Positions 13,382 through 25,500 of a stretch of DNA of 64,000 bases are shown here, in pieces (position 1 is the first letter of the stretch; every line of letters starts with the position of its first letter). Location: positions 599,479 through 663,478 of the forward strand of contig NMRA01000186.1 in NCBI GenBank assembly GCA_002633005.1. Reading direction: 5' to 3'. Origin of the DNA: Phoronis australis. Its lineage: Eukaryota; Animalia; Phoronida. The position numbers were made by a program, and so were the translations under genes. The notes under the pieces were generated by a model that was not told the DNA's origin, ran no database searches, and saw nothing but the letters and a program-made list of their open reading frames with translations.

Positions 13382-15655
13382 TATTCTGAGATCGGATATA
13401 TCAGATACTTTGACACTGTCAAATTAGGTTTATTTAATGTACAGATTAGCAAAACATCCAAAAGAAACAATAAGGAAATAAAGATCTGCAAGGTCTTTAG
13501 CAGTAGAGAGCTTGGAAATGATGACAGTGCCCTCAGGAAATAGTGACATTATCTAGCTAAACACTCAAGAAGTATGACAGAGAAGTCAAAACCTAATATC
13601 CGGCAGTATACATGAAGGAAATGATGCATAATTATACTGGTGATAATTTTAATTTCTGGTTTTTGTGAAGAGTGACGCAAATTGAAAACTCCTAATGCTG
13701 CATTTCACCATACTTAAATGAATAAAATAAAAACAAAAATTGAATCGAGCCTTTTACTCTCGTAAAATTGGTTTTATAGGCCTCACTCTGATGAGATTCT
13801 GTTTCTGTTTCTGTTACCAGCTCATGTCGCAGGCAATGTTCACACACACCATTTTTAAAATTGCAAATTATAGGGATGGCCAACCCCCGCCATTTTCAAA
13901 ATCCCAATTTTAGGGATGGACAATCCAAATAAACTCTGAAGCGTTTTCTTTAGTCGGTCATGGTTTCGATGTTCTTGTTGGTAACAAAAATAAAATCCTA
14001 TCATGATAAGGAATATTACACCTAATTCGATTTTTCTTTTAGCTAGCTAAATGGGGCACAAAGCAGCCATAAAGAAATCTATGAAAAAGACGATGAAACT
14101 TTTGGGAGTAATGTTTGATACCTTCAATAGAATTAAATCTTGTTCTGAGAAGATGCATAATGTGATAAGCATGCCATGTTCTCTATTGTTTTCAAAATTT
14201 GTTCTATATTTTATTTTTTTATATTTATTGTGATGTAAAATGAAAATCCTTGATAAAGAAAAAGTTAATTTAATAACTGCTGTGACTCGTAAGATTGCAG
14301 GATATTATGTTCAATTCATATTACTCTACAAGCCAAAAGTGTTCACTAAAGATAAAATGGCCTGGGATTTCCCGTCATGGGGATTGAGGTGAAGCCAAAT
14401 TCACCATCAGAGTTGTCTCCCCTCATGACCGGGAATGACGGGAAATTAATAGGAAAGTTAATAAGGTGGTCGAGTCATTTTGCTGTTAGAAATTTTTGCC
14501 GCCATTATAATTATTACCAATCACATTTGTTGTTAACACAATAACCCATCTTGATGGGAAATGGTATTTTGTCTCAGTTTTTGTCTTGTTCTGAATCTCA
14601 CAATTATATTTACATTCAAGCAACATTAAACACTGTGCTTTCCATACGCTTTGCTTTAAAGTGGCTGTAAATCGGCCTTCCATCATGAAACTAAGTTTTG
14701 ATTAAGGTTACTTACCATTATAAAAGTGGTCATATCTTGTTACTTACTCTGTTTAGAAGTGATCTGTGGGCTCAATAACAACTGAAACTTTCAATTGTTA
14801 TTTCTTCAGACCAAGTTCATAACATTTCCGCTCACAGTGTGACCTACTGTAAAATTTTATATGAGTTTCCTCTGACGAAATATCAAACTTTAGAAGCCCT
14901 CAAATCACCTCCAATTTGACTTAAAGGAACAATTTGAGATCAATTTCACAGCAGCAAGTGGTGTAAATCAAAAGCAGTTTTTGTGATGGAAGGAGGATTT
15001 AGCCACTTTAAAACACAATAGCTATAAATCACCCCTTCTGTAAAAAAAACTCTTGATTTATACCACATTCTGTTACTAAACAGGTCATTTGCAGAAATCA
15101 ATCTTTCATAACAGTATGTCAAACATAAACAATTTGTCATTGAAAGTATTACTGAAAAGTGTCCCTCGATAGATTTTTATTCAAATTTCAAGTGGTTAAA
15201 TTTCCCGAACAGAGATGAATGTAACTCAATAGTCTGGTTTACTACAACCCTCTCTTGCATGTCAGTCACTCATGTGTGCCATTAATTCCTGGAACCAGAG
15301 TTCCAGACTATCTCACATTCCACCACATTGGTAGTCAAGCAGTCACGCTCATGTTACTAGTTTTAAAACATTAATTTCCTTCAAGATACAATGTTAAAAT
15401 ACAACTTACTCCAGCCTACTAATGCACCTCCCTATTAGCAACTTTATTTATAATATTTTGTGCTAGAATGAAAAGACGTCATCAGAAAAGTAGTTACTAG
15501 GGGCTTTCTTGCGTTGGTTCTTTGGAATATTGAAACTTAAGTTACAAGGGCATGCAAACATTGTGAGAAGTACTTCCAAAAATCCAACAGGAGTCTCCAT
15601 ATTCAGGATGTAATGAGTTAGCTGTTGTGAAGAATAAAGAGAATGGAACCCTTCA

Positions 15656-17653
15656 ATAGCGGAGTTGCAACTGAATCGATTTAACGATTGAGCATGTCCG
15701 GAAATTAGGGTGCGCAAAGGCTATTGGGATTGATTAGGGTAAATGGAATGGCCGATTGGTTTGCACGATGTGTGATTTGTGTGCATTAAACTACACTGCT
15801 CTATGTAATTCTGCCGCTATTGGACCTAATAAGCGCCCATGTCCCAACAAGTGCCCCTACGCGTTTTCAGACTTTGCTAAAGTAAGTGCCCAGCCCATGA
15901 ACTACATGCGAAAAATGCCCTTACCTACAGTTCTAACGTCTCCATTTTATCAATTGAAAGATCCGACAGTCCTGAATTTGTAGACCACGAGCCTTACCGT
16001 TACGTCCGTAAACAAATTTACGCCGCGATTCAAAAAGAACGCAGAAGTTTTGCTGGTCTTGCGAGGGATATGCCCCACTACGCCGGTCTGGACTTTGAAA
16101 ACAGCAGCGTACTTGTCAGCATTGTTTCTTTCCGGTACAGATCTTCTCCGGCCTCAATAGGAATCCAAACTTCTTTGTACACGTGAAAATCGTGAATCGA
16201 AGACTAATAAAAACACTTGACCATTGTTAGCACGCGACCAAGAAGCGCGCGCTGCATAATGTACCGGCTGTCATCGAAGACATTTAGTCAGGAACTATCT
16301 ATTCATGAAACGGGTAACATAGCATCGGCAAATAAATATTGGCACTAATTTCCGAAAGTTTCTAATACCGTAATAAACTTTTGCATTGTTTTTACGAGAA
16401 ATTATTTAACTAATCATAATTGGTGTTTTTAAGGTCAAAATGACCCACTTCGCAACCCTACACCCCAAATCTTCCGGAAAATAGCTGTTACACTACGGTC
16501 ACGCATCCACTCACCCGGCAACTCAATGAGTGACATATCGGTCTTACCGAAAAAATTCTCGAACGCTTTTTAGCAGATGCCAGCATGTGCTAAGCTAAAT
16601 ATCAAAACACGCTCTGCTTGACTGCTTGACAATTTCTTTGGATACAATGCACACCTAGATCATTACATTACTCTGGCAAATGAACTCTGACAATCACACG
16701 CACGCTTACTGTCACACACACGCATACAAACTTCAAAACAAACGTCACGTGACAACAACATGTGTGTTCCTCCAGAGATTTTTTTCGTGTTGCAGGCTAC
16801 AATCTAGCACAGATTTGGACTTAATCTGCAATTAATCCAGACTCCACAAAAACTTAAAAATCTTAGAGACACTATTTAGAAAATGTGAGGAGGATTTCAG
16901 GTAATTTGTTGAGTCGAAGCTGTATTCTTATTCAAGAATTCAAGCCCTAACGACGATTGCGAGATCGGTAGGTACGCATTTGTCGGTAAGATTTTGCCCT
17001 GGGACTTCAACACAATTTTATGAAAAATGATCGTAATTTAACAACGAATTTTGATAGCAATGCACCACAATTTTGTAGAAAGTATATAATAATATTCTGC
17101 ACGCTTTATCTTAGCGCGTAATGCATACAGTGTGCGTACGTTAAGTGAGTTGACCTCGGCAGAACAGGTGATTGTGCAGAGACATTATCCTCAAAATTGC
17201 TCATGTTGGCTTGGTTCTGGTCAAGCGAAAACAAGTTTTTTTTTTTCACTACCCATCGCCGTGTAGTATTTGTTACTGTTTCTTTGAAGGAAGATATTGT
17301 TGGGCAGTTTCCAAGATACGTTTTCTTGCCGCCCTCAAAATGAGCGCTGCATACTTTATGCTACGAAGTCGGAAAGAATTCACGAAGTCGGAAAGAATTC
17401 ATGAAGTCGGCCTTTGCTACCAGCTCTACCGATGTCTCTGACCCATGTTTAACGAAGTTCTTGATCCTTGGGAAACAGGTAGTAACTAAATTTTTTATCT
17501 CGCTAACTGGTATTATGGCAGCCAGGCACACAACACGTATAACCTCCCTGTGGCCGGTTCGCCCCCAAGCTTGTCAACGTACTTGTTTACCGGCTTAACC
17601 ACAATGCAACATTCTGACCCATTTCGAATATGGCGGCGTTGCAACTCCGCTAT
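15656..17653. mobile_element. 2-kb non-autonomous DNA transposon (TIR ATAGCGGAGTTGCAAC, TSD TCA)
   Basis: Perfect 16-bp TIRs; 3-bp TCA on both sides (15653-15655, 17654-17656). Confidence 0.78.
15975..16224 (-). pseudogene. Frameshifted HIRAN-like domain remnant inside the transposon
   Basis: SSIHDFHVYKEVWIPIEAGEDL / NNADKYAAVFK...VVGHIPRKTSK.SAFFLNRG, matching the 'GYHVY..W.P..GE.L...D..AV...VGH.PR' pattern; one stop and one frameshift. Confidence 0.6.
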
Positions 17654-18526
17654 TCACTAAGCTTTTATTTAAGTCACAATTAATATATATTTAGTTATTC
17701 AGCCCATAACTACAACATTCTCTTTTACTTGAAAAATGACAACCGAACAATGGCCACATTGAAATACTCTCAATCTTATGCTTCTTTTCAGGAAGTGAAG
17801 AATGCACAATACTTTTAAGACAAATTTGATTTCTTTTGGCAAACACAAGAAAGGTGAACCTACAAATTTATAAGCCACTCCTGCTGTAGTCAGCTGTATT
17901 CAGTCCAACTCACTCAATGTACCAATGTACATGTGGAGATAGTGTTTCACAAAGACTTCCGATACAACATTTTTGATGGTTAATGAAAATTCTCTTTAAC
18001 CTTAAAGATACATTCAAATACTGCATGTCTTTAACAATAGGTGCAATGGCAATGGCTTGATATTTGGTAACTGTTATTGGTTGATTACAATTTATCTAAT
18101 ACCAGTAACTAGCAAAATGAAAACACATGACAAATACTTTTCTACCGACTCGCAAAGTTGAAAAAAAACATAGGCGGCAAGATATAGGTTAATGCTACTC
18201 TTGACCAGTCAGCATGTGTGATATACACTGATGTACTGTGAAGTACCTCTCCGGTTACATCCTCCTCTCCGGTTATATCCTAGTGTTATTACTTGTGAAA
18301 AACCAAAAACCCACACATCAATTAGTATTCTGTTGATACTCAATGGTAGTTCACTATAGAGCCTACTTCTGCCAACGGCGGGGTGGGAAGGGGGGGGGCT
18401 GCACATGTTTCTGTTGTGCACCCATACATTATTATAATAGTACCTTAAAAAGGAGTACCGTAAGAACAGGGCTCGACATAACGAGCTGTAGGTCGCATTT
18501 GCGAACTGAAATTTGGAAATGCAAGC

Positions 18527-19255
18527 TGAGATTTTTGTCAGCTCGAATCAAGTCGCAACATGCGACCTGGAATTTCCAACGAATGTGAGCTGTTTTTACA
18601 CTTCTCAGCAGACACCTGGCAACTATAAAGAAACTCTTGTTAATCCGACCGTTCTTTGGTTGTTGCCAAATCCAAGTTCAAAAGAACACTAACTGAGAAC
18701 AGCCTGATCCCAATGTTGCGTGAACATGGGATATGCAGAATCGATCTTTTACGTGTTTCATTGGCTAAAATCTTCGGCCACTTTTGCAAATTTCCGGATT
18801 CGTCTAGAAAGCTTCGGGCCACTGCATAACACATGATAAAACGTCACAAAACAGTGGTGTTTCTAGTAATTCTTTAGCGATCAACTAACCAAACTTTCTG
18901 GCGGGCAAATATGTTTATTTTTCGCATAAGATGTCCTTATTACATGTACCAAATATCCACGACAATATCCCTGATATCGCACTGCAGCACCGTTGTTAGC
19001 GCACGAGCAGTACCGGCCAACAATCATGACTTAGAGATGTGCGTCTCGTTTTTAACGCATAAGACAGCCAAAGTGAAAATAATAACCCTACTAATTGCCA
19101 AAGGATGGCCACGCCTTTACTTTCAGTTGCCAAAAAATTTGTCGTAAAAATGGCGGGAATATTTTGCGATCTGGTATTTATGAATGCGAGCTGGATTTTG
19201 AAAATGCGACCTGAGATTTTGGCTAGGTCGCAGAATGCGAAAAACATGTCATTGG
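18527..19255. mobile_element. Decayed hAT-like MITE
   Basis: CAGGGCTCGAC start and repeated subterminal GGTCGCA/TGCGACC motifs at both ends. Confidence 0.45.
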
Positions 19256-20149
19256 ACAACAAAAAATCCAATAAAGCACCTCTACAAGAATAAAATGAAT
19301 TCTACGAAAAATGCACATTTGTAGGTCGTATCTTTCGGCTGATGGTGGGCATATGGAATTGACCCACCACATTTCAACTATAACTAAGTCTTAACATGGA
19401 TTTGTTGATGTGTAGGATAGGTGTAGGAGCTCCAGAGAGCCTTTATCAAAGCTTACCATTCACAAGTCAATCAGTAACATACGGAAATCCAGCGACAAAC
19501 ACAGACATTCCACATCAAATACACACGGAAAATAGCGATTACGTTACTGGTGAACCGGGCAGCAAAATAAATAACTCCCCTATATTGAACGCAATATGTA
19601 ACAGTATCTAGACTATTTTAACCCCACATAAGTTTTCCATTAGAATCATCCCACATTTTATTTAAACCGACACAAAACAGACAAATGACTCGAACCCTGC
19701 TACTCAGTTTTCTGTAATCTCAACAGCAAAAGCCAGCTGTAAATTTGGATTGTGATCTCCTTTCATAAAAAAATGCAAATTTGGAAGGCGCGACCTTCTC
19801 GATTTACTTTAAAATTGTGTGAATTACAAGTCTACTTAGAACAATAAATACAAATAAACTCACTGAGCATTGCCATATAATCTGTGTCATCCTCATCAGG
19901 CCTTGTCTTCTCTGCTGCAACAAAAGGCAACATGACTGACTACTCAAACGATGAGACGTACTCGGTGTTATTAAAGCAGTTGTGTCGTAACACATTCCAA
20001 AAAATAAAAAGGGACTGTGTGAACCATTGTATGAAAATGTCCCCATTTATTTTCAAAGAGAGTTCAACATGGAGGTTACTCTCAGTGAGTGTCAAAGTTG
20101 ATAATGAAGACAAAACAGCATTAGAAAGTTAAATCAGGTTGTGTACAAA

Positions 20150-21130
20150 TCTATACAATGCAGTGAAAAGTTACGGAACATTGTTGAGTCCCTGCTATTG
20201 AAAACAAGTGCATTAAGACCAAGGTTTATAGGAAGCCCACACACATGGACTACTATCTTCCGTTTGACTCCAACCACCCTTTGATACACAAACTGGGCGT
20301 GATTAGAACATTAGACTATTGTGCGAAAACCATCCCCAACACAGAGGGCATTGATTTTGAATTGGATTACAACAGAATAGTGTTAAAGAGATGTGACTAT
20401 CCTGAGTGATCATTCCACAAGTCAGACCATCGCCGGGTCAGGCCATAGAACACGCAACCTGACAATAGGAGAGACATCAGGATAACATTACCTTTTGTGC
20501 CAGGGATTTCAGACCAGGTTAAATCTCATATGAGGGGCCACGATATTTCTGTTTCGTTCAAACCAATGAACACCATAAGGAGTCAGCTAATGAATGTGAA
20601 AGGTAAGACCACAAAAGAGAAAAAATCAAAGTGGTGTATGGCATTTCATGCTCAGAACCAGGGTGTGGGAAAGCAGACATTGGGGAAACCAAACAAGCTC
20701 TGAAAAGTCGGATCAATCAACATCGTAGACGTAGTTATGGGGACTGCTTTGATTCTGCGGTTTTCAGTCATATACCTACTACAAACCAATCTTTCTCCTT
20801 GGACTATGTCACAATTCTGGATAGAGAGGACAATTGGTTCAGGAGAGGGGTCAAGGAAGCAATTTACGAAAGAGCGGAGAATCCCAGCTTAAACAGACAA
20901 GGGGGCCTGAGGTTTTTGTTACCAAGAACGTGGGATAGGGCATTAAAGAATATCCTGCACTAACTGTGCTGTCGACCACATGATGAGTCACGTGACATCT
21001 AAGTGGCCTGCCAAAGTCTTCGAGAGGAGGGCACAATGTAGCCAACTCAATCCGTAAGTCCAGTAATTGATTTAATTTTCTACATACTCAACTAGATGAC
21101 TGAAAGTATTCATCGCATGTCCAGAGATAG
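20150..21130 (+). mobile_element. Decayed Penelope-like retroelement (RT C-terminus plus GIY-YIG endonuclease)
   Basis: VYRKPTHMDYYLPFDSNHPLIHKLGVIRTL (PLE RT thumb region) and VYGISC..CGKADIGET...L..RI.QH...ILDRE.NWFRRGVKEAIY (GIY-YIG). Stops and frameshifts are present. Confidence 0.88.
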
Positions 21131-22524
21131 TTCAAAATACCGGTACTACATCATTGATTTGATGACACAAATAATATAAAAGTGGAGAGAATGGAAAAAA
21201 AATTTGACGGTCCAGGTCAGTTACTGGTCAAGGGCTGTTCCAGCAAAATCTTTATGGCAGGGGGAGGGCAGTTGAAATAAAAAATTAGGGGTGGTGGTCT
21301 TTAGATGAAAATTTAAATTATGGGTGGTCCTTCTTGAAAGACGTAAGCCATTAAAAGTGGGTGGTCTTTTTTATCTCCTGTAAATGTTGACAGTTGGGTA
21401 TTTTCAGTGAAACACAGACCTCCATACCCTCTGAAAAAACTCACCAAAAAACTTAATTGGCAGATACTCAAAAATATCCAAAAACAAAAAAACAAGCCCA
21501 TGTTGCTAGTGTACAGAATGTGACATGTACACTGAGCTGTTACTCAAGTCAGAGGGACATTTATGGTCACAAGAGAATGAAAATTACTACAACACTGAAC
21601 TGGTTTTAACACGTCTAAGAAAATTGATGATTTTTTTAATAAAAAGTATGAGGAGTTAGATAGACAATTTCCAATATTCACTTGGCATAGCAACCTGAAA
21701 GCGTTTGTGGAGATACTTTGAGATTCAGAGAATCATGAAATTGAAAAAATCTTATTGACATTATGCATGGTAGATAGAGACACCTGGTGGCTGCCTAAAG
21801 TATTGTTCATAGGTGTCTTTGAAACGCAAGTTTCTGGTAACTGACATGAGCTGTGATCTCACATGGAATTTTTCTGCACCCATAAAAACTTTTGTGGTCG
21901 CACAGTTGGCATACCATCCGTCTGTTCATCTGTCTGTTGATCGGTCCATCTGTCATTACCATTTCTTGTCCGTCAATTATTTCAAGAACCGCTTGGAGGA
22001 TCATGATGGAATTTGGTATAGAGGTACTTGGCGGCGATGCACCAGCACCAGTCAGTTTCAAATGGATTTGGCTACTGTTTTCAACAAGCCATTCCTTGTG
22101 CGTTAATCATCTCAAAAACTGCTTGACTGATCATGATGAAATTCATTATTAAGATTCAGAGATATATGGCAAGAATGCATCTGCAACAGTCGATTCAACT
22201 ACTGTGGCAACTGTTAGTTTTCGACTGCTCAAGTCATTGCTTGTGCATTGATTATTTTGAAACCCTTTAATGGATCATGGTGACATTTGGCATTGAGATA
22301 GATGGCTGGTATGCACCCGCACAAGTCGGTTTTCGCGATGTTATAGTTTTCTATGAGGTCATCCTTTTGTGACATCATTCTTAATTCCTGTCAACATATT
22401 TTACATTTCTTTTATATGTTCTGCTTCTTTCTATTACAAAAACATGACAGATTTGGCTATTGTAGCACCCCTGTTGGCTACTTAAGTTTTTGACAAGACA
22501 GGTTGATAATCGCATTTTATATTT

Positions 22525-25500
22525 CAAGAACAATGCGGTCCATTCAAATGCACCCACGAATGCATCACAAATGGTGTACCCCTCGGGGTGTTTATTTGGA
22601 ACATAGAAATGGTCACTAGATGATGCAAAATACGTCGAATCCATCCGAAAACTGGTGTGTGCCATCAGAGCTATTTATCAAATTTAATAAAAATCCGTCA
22701 AGGAAATTCTATGAAACTGAGGAAAACGAAAAAATGAAATTGCCACTAGGAGGCTATAGGCGCAAAAAACATAATTGCCACTAATCACATTTCCTCTTCA
22801 CATTACAAAAATACGGTACATGCCAATTTCCACAACCATCCTTAGAGTGATTTGATTGACAGAGGAGCAGACGCCAAATAACAAGACTCAAAAACTGTAA
22901 AAAGGGCCACTAGGTGGCGCAAAATACCACGAATCAAACCAAAAACTAGAGGATAGCGTCAGCTCGCTAATAGATGCTTATCTGCCAAATTTTTTGAAAA
23001 TCCGTTGATAACCTTTGAAGATAAAAAAAATAAATTGCCACTAAGGGGTACACCGGTACTCCGATCCATCTGAAAGTCGTCGTTGTTTGTTGTAAAGTTC
23101 ATATAAATCCATTTGCCAACTTAAATAAAGATCATGCAGAGGCTTTAAAAGATACAGCAATGGGCATAAAAACTGCCACTAGGAGGCGCCACAGTTGTCG
23201 AGGTTGTCGGAAAATCGTCGTCACATCTCCTCTTCATATTAGCAACATACATGCCAATTTCCACAATCATCCTTAGAATGATTTGGTAGACAGAGGCGCA
23301 GATGCAAAAAACAGAATTGAAAACAGTAAAAATGGCCACAAAATGCCTCAAATTCAACTGAAAACTGAATGATAGCATCACCTCAATAATAGATGCCTAC
23401 CAAATTTTATGAAAATCCATTGATGACCTTTGAAGATGCAGTGGTAAACATAAAAAACTAAAATTGCCACCAGAGGGAACAACGGTAGTCTGATCAGTCT
23501 GAAAGTCGTCGTCCTCTGTTGCCAACTTCATATAAACACACCAGCAAAACTCAATAAAGATCCTGTAGAGCATTTAGGAGATACAGCCATGGGCGCAAAA
23601 ACAAACAAAACTGCCACTAGAAGGCGCCACAATAGTCGAAGTAATAGGAATATCATAGTCAGCCGCCCTCACAGTAAGAATATATATGACAGTGTTCAAA
23701 ATCATCCCTAGAGCGGTTTGGTTGATAGAAGGGGTGGATGCCAAAGAACAGACTCGGAAACAGTAACAATGGGCACTAGGTGGTGCAAAGTACCTCGAAT
23801 CCAGCAGAAAACGGGAGGATGGATCATCACACTAACAGATGCCTAACTGCAAAATTTTATAAAAATCGGTATAGAACCTCCGAAGATACAGAGGTCAGCA
23901 TAAAAAATAAAATTGCCTCTAGGGGGCACACCGGCAATCGGAGAGGTCCAAAATTCGTTGCCAGCTGTCGTCAGCTTCATAGGAACACATCTGCCAAATC
24001 TCATCAAGATCCTGGGAGGGGTTTGGAGATAAAGCTGTCTGTAGACGCCGTATGACCAGATAGAGATGACGACAATATCTGGGCGCATAAAAATGGACAG
24101 GTCCGTATCGACTGATGGCCTATTGAAAACATGGACAAATCCGTATCGACAGATGGCCCAATGCAAAAAAATTAATAGACTGGTCCATATCGACTGATGG
24201 TATAACAAAAAAGGGCAGGTCCGTATTGACTGATGCACTAATGAAAAAATGGATAGGTCCGTATCAACTGATGGCCTAATGAAGACTGGACAGTCCCCTA
24301 TCGACTGATGGCCTAATGAAACAAGGAACTTTAGAGAAACAGAGGAAAATGGAAAAAATGAAATTGCCACTTGGGAGGAGAGCGTTCGTCGGATCCGTCT
24401 GAAAGTTGTTGTCTTCCATTGTCAGCTTCATATAGATACACTTACTATTTAATATACATCCTGCAGAGGAGTTAGGATAAACAGCTAAGGGCGCAAAAAA
24501 ACTGCCACTAGGAGATGCCACAGTAATTGAAGTCGGAAAATCATTGTCAACCGTCCTCTTCACACTGAGAACATACAAGCCAATTTTCATAATCAACCCA
24601 AGAGTGATTTGGGTAGACACCAAAAACAGACTAGAAAACAGTAAAAATGGCCACTAGATGGTGCAAAATACATTGAATCCATCTGAAAACCAGAAAATAT
24701 GGTCATGGTTTCTTTAAAAGGAAGATACTTACAAATTTCATGAAAATTCGCCGAGGAATTTCATAGGAACAGAGGAAAACAGAAACAAGAGCAACGCGTA
24801 ATGTTGAAATGCGCCCACGAATGCACCGCTAACGTTGTGCTTCTAGGGGTGTTTATTTCGGACATAAAAATTTACAACCGGATGGCACAAAATTTGTCGA
24901 ATCCATCTGAGAACTAATGTACGTGTGTGTGTCAAGGAACTTCTGAGAAAACAGAGGAATGAAAAAATGAAATTGCCACTAAGAGGCTATAAGCACAAAA
25001 AAACATAACCGCCACAAAGAGGCACCAAAGCAGATAAAATCATCCGAAAAACATCTTCAGACTTCCTCTTCCCATTAGGAATATAAATTCCAATTTCCAC
25101 AACCATCCTTAGAGTGGTTTGGTTCACAGAAAGGCAGACGTCAAATAATAAGACTCGAAAACAGTAAAAATGGAAGCAAGGTGGCGCAAAATGCCTCGAA
25201 TTTTACAAAAACCGAATGATAGCATCACCTCACTTATAGATGCCTAACTACCAAATTTAATGAAAATCCATTGACGATCATTTAAGGTACAGAGGTAAAC
25301 GTAAAAAACTAAAATTGCCACTAGGGGGCACACTGGTAGGCCGATCCGTCTGAAAGTCGTCATCCTCTGTAGTCAACTTCATATAAATACACCAGCAAAA
25401 TTCAATACAGATCCTGAAGAGCATTTAGGAGATACAGCCATAGGCGCAAAAACAAACAAAACTGCCACTAGGAGGCGCCATAGTATTCCAAGTCATCGGA

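Noticed and set aside
24091-24322. CRISPR-like array
   Set aside because: The units are contiguous diverged tandem repeats with no unique spacers, there are no cas genes, and the context is eukaryotic.
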